Part shown: one piece after another, positions 59,816-64,000 of the stretch
How the letters are laid out: each line of letters opens with the position of its first letter
How positions within the stretch are numbered: the first letter of the stretch is position 1
Source: Bacteroidia bacterium
GTDB lineage: Bacteria; Bacteroidota; Bacteroidia; Bacteroidales; VadinHA17
Direction of reading: 5' to 3'
NCBI GenBank assembly: GCA_026391215.1
Contig: JAPLDX010000056.1
Location: 107,452-171,451, forward strand
DNA length: 64,000 nucleotides
Translations under genes and position numbers: made by a program
The notes under the pieces: generated by a model
What the model was told of the DNA's origin: nothing
Seen by the model: only the letters and a program-made list of their open reading frames with translations
Database searches by the model: none

Positions 59816-60478
59816 TTATTTGTTGACTGTTCCCCTGAGCATTGGTACAAAAACAAAGTATCCATGAGATGAATAATCAAAGTCATTTTCTCCTTTTCTC
59901 TGCACAACTGTCATTACCTGCGCACCTCCTTCGTCTACCGGGACGACGAGCCGTCCTCCTGTCTTAAGCTGTTTAAGAAGGACACCCGGGATTTCCGAAG
60001 CGGCTGCTGTAATTATGATCCCGTCAAATGGCCCGTAATGAGGCTTCCCTTCATAACCGTCGTCATAAAAAAAATCAGCAGCATACCCCAGGGATGCCAA
60101 TGTCACCTGCGCTTTAAGATACAGTTCTCTGAACCGTTCTATTGTATAAACCCTGGCACCCATTTCGGCAAGTATAGCTGCCTGGTAGCCAGATCCGGTT
60201 CCTATTTCAAGTATCTTATCCCTTCTTTTTACCTTCAGTAAGGCGGTCATGACCGCGACAGTATAAGGTTGAGAGATAGTCTGTCCTGATGTGATAGGAA
60301 ATGCCTTGTCGATATAGGCATGATTCAGAAATGCAGGATCCATGAAAACATGCCTCGGAACCGTCCCGATGGCTCTCAGCACCTCTTCATCGCTAATGCC
60401 TTTCTTCCTGAGATCATCGACCAGCTTTTTTCTTTTGCCCCTGGCTTCAAAAGAGTCTCCTGTGAGGTCATTTTTCAT
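59816..60478 (-). CDS. pcm: Protein-L-isoaspartate O-methyltransferase
   Basis: VPRHVF, QTISQPYTVA, LEIGTGSGYQAA, FVPM; start at ATG 60478. Confidence 0.95.
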   Translation of the reverse strand: MKNDLTGDSFEARGKRKKLVDDLRKKGISDEEVLRAIGTVPRHVFMDPAFLNHAYIDKAFPITSGQTISQPYTVAVMTALLKVKRRDKILEIGTGSGYQAAILAEMGARVYTIERFRELYLKAQVTLASLGYAADFFYDDGYEGKPHYGPFDGIIITAAASEIPGVLLKQLKTGGRLVVPVDEGGAQVMTVVQRKGENDFDYSSHGYFVFVPMLRGTVNK

Positions 60479-60511
60479 ATTCTTTGTAAAAGACAAAAAT
60501 ATGAAAATAGT

Positions 60512-61081
60512 TCAACCGGATACAGAAATCAAGTCATACGTTGATAAAATTTTATAAACGGGACCAGTCTGTTTGAGGATACTCTCATAAAGGATCACTT
60601 CTTTCACAGGAACTTTTTGAAAATCAGTTTTGCTGTATTTTTCAAGAGCAATCTTCAGCATATCCGGATCCTTCACAAATTTAATGCGTCCGAGAGTGAG
60701 GTGAGGTTTGAAAGGACGATCTTCAATTTTGAATCCTGCATCCTTCAATCGTTTCATTATGAGATCATTAAGCCGGGCCAGATTTTCAGAATCCTCTATT
60801 CCTGTCCATATTACCCGCGGATCCCGGAAATTTTTAAAAACACCCGTTCCGGACAATCTGAAACTGAACTCGCCAAAACCTGAACAGCTCTGACTGACTG
60901 CAATGCCTGCCGCTTTTATTCTCTCATCATCTGTATCCCCAAGGAAGGCCAGAGTAAGATGCATGTTGGAAGGATCAACCCATGTAATTCTATCATTAGC
61001 AAGATTGGATCTGAGTGAGGAGATCATTCTGATCAGAACAGCATCCGGTTCAATTTTTACAGCTATAAATATTCTTTTCAT
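60512..61081 (-). CDS. thpR: RNA 2',3'-cyclic phosphodiesterase (2H phosphoesterase)
   Basis: RIFIA, two HLTL motifs, YES.L...GPVY. Confidence 0.93.
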   Translation of the reverse strand: MKRIFIAVKIEPDAVLIRMISSLRSNLANDRITWVDPSNMHLTLAFLGDTDDERIKAAGIAVSQSCSGFGEFSFRLSGTGVFKNFRDPRVIWTGIEDSENLARLNDLIMKRLKDAGFKIEDRPFKPHLTLGRIKFVKDPDMLKIALEKYSKTDFQKVPVKEVILYESILKQTGPVYKILSTYDLISVSG

Positions 61082-61105
61082 TGTTTGATCAGATATATCA
61101 GTGGA

Positions 61106-61729
61106 TCAAAGCAAGCCGGCCTGAATATCCTGGATAATAAGTTCAATCAGTATATCTTCTCCATAAGGATCGTACTCCGACTTAAGGTTAGTTCCAAAAA
61201 TCTTAGCTATCCCCTGCCAGAAGGCAGCATTGATCCCGCCGCGGTACTGGCGTATCAGATCATACGAAGTATTATATGTCTCCCTGTAAATAAGCTTAAG
61301 AAGCAACTTACCCTGGGTAATTGTCATATCTCTTACATCGTCCTCATATTCGCCGAAAACATCCTTCTCCACACTCCTTAAATACATTCTCCGCTCCTTA
61401 TCATCATTTATTCTTGCAAGCTCAGCATTCACTTTCGATAGCCTTTCCCTGACAATCATGGCATATGGATAAACCTTTTTCAGGTTATAAATAAGCCTCT
61501 GGTATTTTTTGAATTGTGATTGTTCCCTCCTGGCACTGCCTTTCAGACGTCCGACAACTGCAACTTCCTTGATTTCAATTTCTGGAAGAGTTTCTCCATT
61601 TCTCTCTACTTTCTGCAACAGGTAGATTCGGTCAGGGATTGAGTCATTTCTGAGCTTCGCTGTATCAACCTGTCCAGATAAACTGATTGAAATAAAGAAC
61701 ATGAGAAGTATTGCAGTGCTTTTTTTCAC
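61106..61729 (-). CDS. DUF4294-like secreted protein
   Basis: Signal peptide; KKVYPYA, QGKLLLKLIYRET, FWQGIAKIFG, YDP. Confidence 0.82.
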   Translation of the reverse strand: MKKSTAILLMFFISISLSGQVDTAKLRNDSIPDRIYLLQKVERNGETLPEIEIKEVAVVGRLKGSARREQSQFKKYQRLIYNLKKVYPYAMIVRERLSKVNAELARINDDKERRMYLRSVEKDVFGEYEDDVRDMTITQGKLLLKLIYRETYNTSYDLIRQYRGGINAAFWQGIAKIFGTNLKSEYDPYGEDILIELIIQDIQAGLL

Positions 61730-61787
61730 AACAGATTGTTTTTACAAAAGTACCAAATATTAATCCTCATTCAATAACCTTTGACTG

Positions 61788-61803
61788 TGCCAAAATTGTG
61801 CCA
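61788..61803 (-). promoter_or_regulatory. Candidate sigma54 (-24/-12) promoter
   Basis: Minus strand TGGCACAATTTTGGCA has the GG-N10-GC spacing; lies upstream of the DUF4294-thpR-pcm-MBL-gcvP run. Confidence 0.45.
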
Positions 61804-61873
61804 GAGATCAATATAAATCCCATCAATCCTTTTATGTTAACCCGGTAAAAGGTACATTTGGGAAAAATCAGTC

Positions 61874-62494
61874 ATGGCTCTGAAGGTTGAAGATATTGAG
61901 GATCCTTCAAAATACCGGCAGATACTCTCAATCTCATACAATAACCTTATTGACTTTGTTCTTGATTACCTGAGACGGAAATCCGGACTTATGATTTTTT
62001 TCTGGTCAGTCTGTATAATCTTTTTTGGAATCGCACTTACAATAAGGATAGATATTTTGGGATATTATCCGCTTAAGAACATTTTATTACATTCAATGCT
62101 CGGACTGGTCATTTTCCCGATCCTGATCATACCCTTGCATGAGGTACTGCATATCATTCCGTTTTTCCTCGCCGGTGCAAAGGATATCAGGGTTGGCATG
62201 AATCTTAAGCAATATATTTTCTACGTTACTGCACACAGACATGTCGCAACTTCAGGACAATTCAAGGTTGTTGCACTCATCCCTTTCATCCTTGTAACTC
62301 TCGTTCTTCTTTTTCTCATATTATTTTTGCCTGGCTTATGGAAATGGAGCTTGTCGGTGCTCCTCTTCGTCCATACAACAATGTGTGCCGGTGATTTCGC
62401 GCTTCTGAATTTTTACTGGCTGAACAGGAGAAAAAAGATTTACACATGGGATGATGCAGATGAGAAAATGGCTTATTTTTATGAAGAAATCTAA
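61874..62494 (+). CDS. DUF3267-like membrane zinc metalloprotease
   Basis: TM helices, HEVLH (HExxH), ALIPF, AGDF. Confidence 0.8.
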   Translation: MALKVEDIEDPSKYRQILSISYNNLIDFVLDYLRRKSGLMIFFWSVCIIFFGIALTIRIDILGYYPLKNILLHSMLGLVIFPILIIPLHEVLHIIPFFLAGAKDIRVGMNLKQYIFYVTAHRHVATSGQFKVVALIPFILVTLVLLFLILFLPGLWKWSLSVLLFVHTTMCAGDFALLNFYWLNRRKKIYTWDDADEKMAYFYEEI

Positions 62495-62502
62495 GATCAA
62501 AA

Positions 62503-62593
62503 TTAACCACGGGGTTTCACAGAGTTAAAACGGAGTTACACGGAATAATTAACAGTGAAACTCACTTTCACCTCCGTGTTACTCTGTGGTTAA
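62503..62593. repeat. Miniature inverted-repeat element with CAC(A/G)GAG subrepeats
   Basis: TTAACCAC...GTGGTTAA termini; left CACGGGG/CACAGAG/AACGGAG/CACGGAA units, right CTCCGTG/CTCTGTG units. Confidence 0.75.
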
Positions 62594-62623
62594 GAATAAA
62601 AAGTTTAAATAATACCTTCAATA

Positions 62624-63691
62624 ATGAAAAAACTGATAATCATTGTTTTACTATTAGGTTCAACGGTTGTTCTTACTTACAGCCAGAAGAAGATTGTGAA
62701 CTTGCCTGATCTTCCGGGGTATGTTACACTTAAGTGCGATTTTCATCTTCATACAGTATTTTCGGACGGGAATATCTGGCCTACAATGAGGATTGCTGAA
62801 GCCTATCGCAACGGGCTTGATGCAATATCCATAACTGACCATATTGAGTACTCTCCCAAGAAAGATTATATACCAATTGATCATAATGCCGCATGGAAAA
62901 TCACGCAGAATGCGGCAAAGGAAGCAAATCTTATACTTGTCCATGGTGCAGAGATCACCCGCGATATGCCTCCCGGACATTTTAATGCCCTGTTCATTAA
63001 TGATGCATCTGCCCTGGTAAAGGACTCAGTAATTGATGTCGTTGAGGAAGCAATAAGGCAGGGAGCATTTATCCAGTGGAATCATCCCGGATGGAACGCA
63101 CAGCAACCTGATGGCATTCCAAGGATGTACGATATTCACTATAAGCTCATTGAAAAAGGATGGCTCCATGGAATTGAATTCTTTAACGACAGCGAGTATT
63201 ATCCTCTTGTTTTGACCTTCTGCAGAAAATATAATCTCGCCGTTATGGGAAACAGTGATAATCACTGGGTGATAAGTGAAGATTATCAACAGCCGGAAAA
63301 TACAAACCGGCCCATGACACTGGTCTTTGCAAAGGAAAGAACCCATGATTCTCTGAAAGAGGCTATGTTTGCAGGACGTACATTAGTATATTTCAAGGAC
63401 ATGCTTGCAGGGAAAGAGGAATATGCTAAACCCTTTTTCTATCAGTGCATTTCAGTTGGCAAGGTTTTCCACCAGAGCGACAATAACATCTATTTTGAAG
63501 TGACGAATAAATCAGATATCCCTTTTTACCTGGTAAATGGTGCAGCACCTGCTCCTGAATACATTACGCTGGCTGCCAATTCAGTCACCAGAATTGTTGT
63601 AAGCAAAAAAGTTACTTCGCCGCTCCTCTATGATGTAAGAAATGTACTTACAGGTGAAAATGAGGTGCTGAAAGTGGAATTGAAATATTAG
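62624..63691 (+). CDS. PHP-domain phosphoesterase, secreted
   Basis: Signal peptide; DFHLHTVFSDG, ITDH, GHFNALF, WNHPGW, GNSDNH. Confidence 0.9.
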   Translation: MKKLIIIVLLLGSTVVLTYSQKKIVNLPDLPGYVTLKCDFHLHTVFSDGNIWPTMRIAEAYRNGLDAISITDHIEYSPKKDYIPIDHNAAWKITQNAAKEANLILVHGAEITRDMPPGHFNALFINDASALVKDSVIDVVEEAIRQGAFIQWNHPGWNAQQPDGIPRMYDIHYKLIEKGWLHGIEFFNDSEYYPLVLTFCRKYNLAVMGNSDNHWVISEDYQQPENTNRPMTLVFAKERTHDSLKEAMFAGRTLVYFKDMLAGKEEYAKPFFYQCISVGKVFHQSDNNIYFEVTNKSDIPFYLVNGAAPAPEYITLAANSVTRIVVSKKVTSPLLYDVRNVLTGENEVLKVELKY

Positions 63692-63692
63692 T

Positions 63693-64000
63693 TTAAAATC
63701 TTTCCTTCGCCAGTTTCAGAACATCATCTTCTCTTACAACAGGACGGATCCGGAATCTGTGCAAGGTCGATATTCAGGTTAACAAAATCATGCGGCTTAA
63801 CGTCAACAGTATGCGTATTTGCGCTCTTTGCATCGGGCCGGTACTGTGACAATTTCCCGGGAGATTCAAAATCGTCATGGACATAATTCATTGCAGTAAA
63901 GCAGAATACCGGATCTCCGCTCACCAGGATACCTGTTCCATTATCATCAGTCAGTGTTAGCCAGCGAGTATCGGTTTTATACCCGTTTTCCTGTGGTCGT
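63693..64000 (-). pseudogene. C-terminal end of a GH2 beta-galactosidase (small-chain domain) with an apparent frameshifting deletion; 5' part lies outside the window
   Basis: RPQENGYKTDTRWLTL...HTVDVKPHDFVNLNIDLAQ, then the expected MGVGGDxSWG motif is absent and the FRIRPV...KERF* tail continues in another frame. Confidence 0.65.

Noticed and set aside
950-63346. Numerous 60-165 aa ORFs nested in or antisense to long genes
   Set aside because: They lie within well-supported CDSs and show no recognisable motifs; treated as shadow ORFs

Overview
64 kb of core chromosome from a Bacteroidota bacterium, most likely Bacteroidales. Support: TAnnTTTG -7 promoter boxes, a GldB-like lipoprotein, a T9SS-type cargo, a MurF-like/Alr fusion and DUF1573/DUF4294/DUF5686-like proteins. 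Most of the window is housekeeping and envelope genes (miaA, smpB, uvrA, lpdA, znuABC-like, meaB, nadE, alr, tdk, rsmI, dnaB, ispE, tgt, rsmG, rpmH, mqnE, rluD, ddl, gcvP, pcm, thpR). Two real small genes are missing from the ORF track: a 2[4Fe-4S] ferredoxin and rpmH. No rRNA, tRNA, CRISPR array, integrase or classical transposase was seen. The standout is an AT-rich cassette at 3220-3806, downstream of smpB: a DUF559/Vsr-like endonuclease gene bracketed by three double-hairpin repeats. Two are identical 62-bp direct copies and one is an inverted variant with compensatory stem changes that supplies the gene's stop codon. It resembles a REP/REPIN system with a PD-(D/E)XK-like nuclease in place of a RAYT transposase, and an orphan doublet of similar architecture lies at 18103-18217. 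Three other orphan intergenic repeat types also occur. Other points: a candidate dual-membrane-spanning anti-sigma/ECF pair, a 3x 11-bp-period OmpR-type box, a candidate sigma54 promoter, a WD40-Omp85-like protein with a degenerate peptidase domain, and an apparent frameshifting deletion at the end of a beta-galactosidase gene. All product calls come from motif recognition, not database searches.
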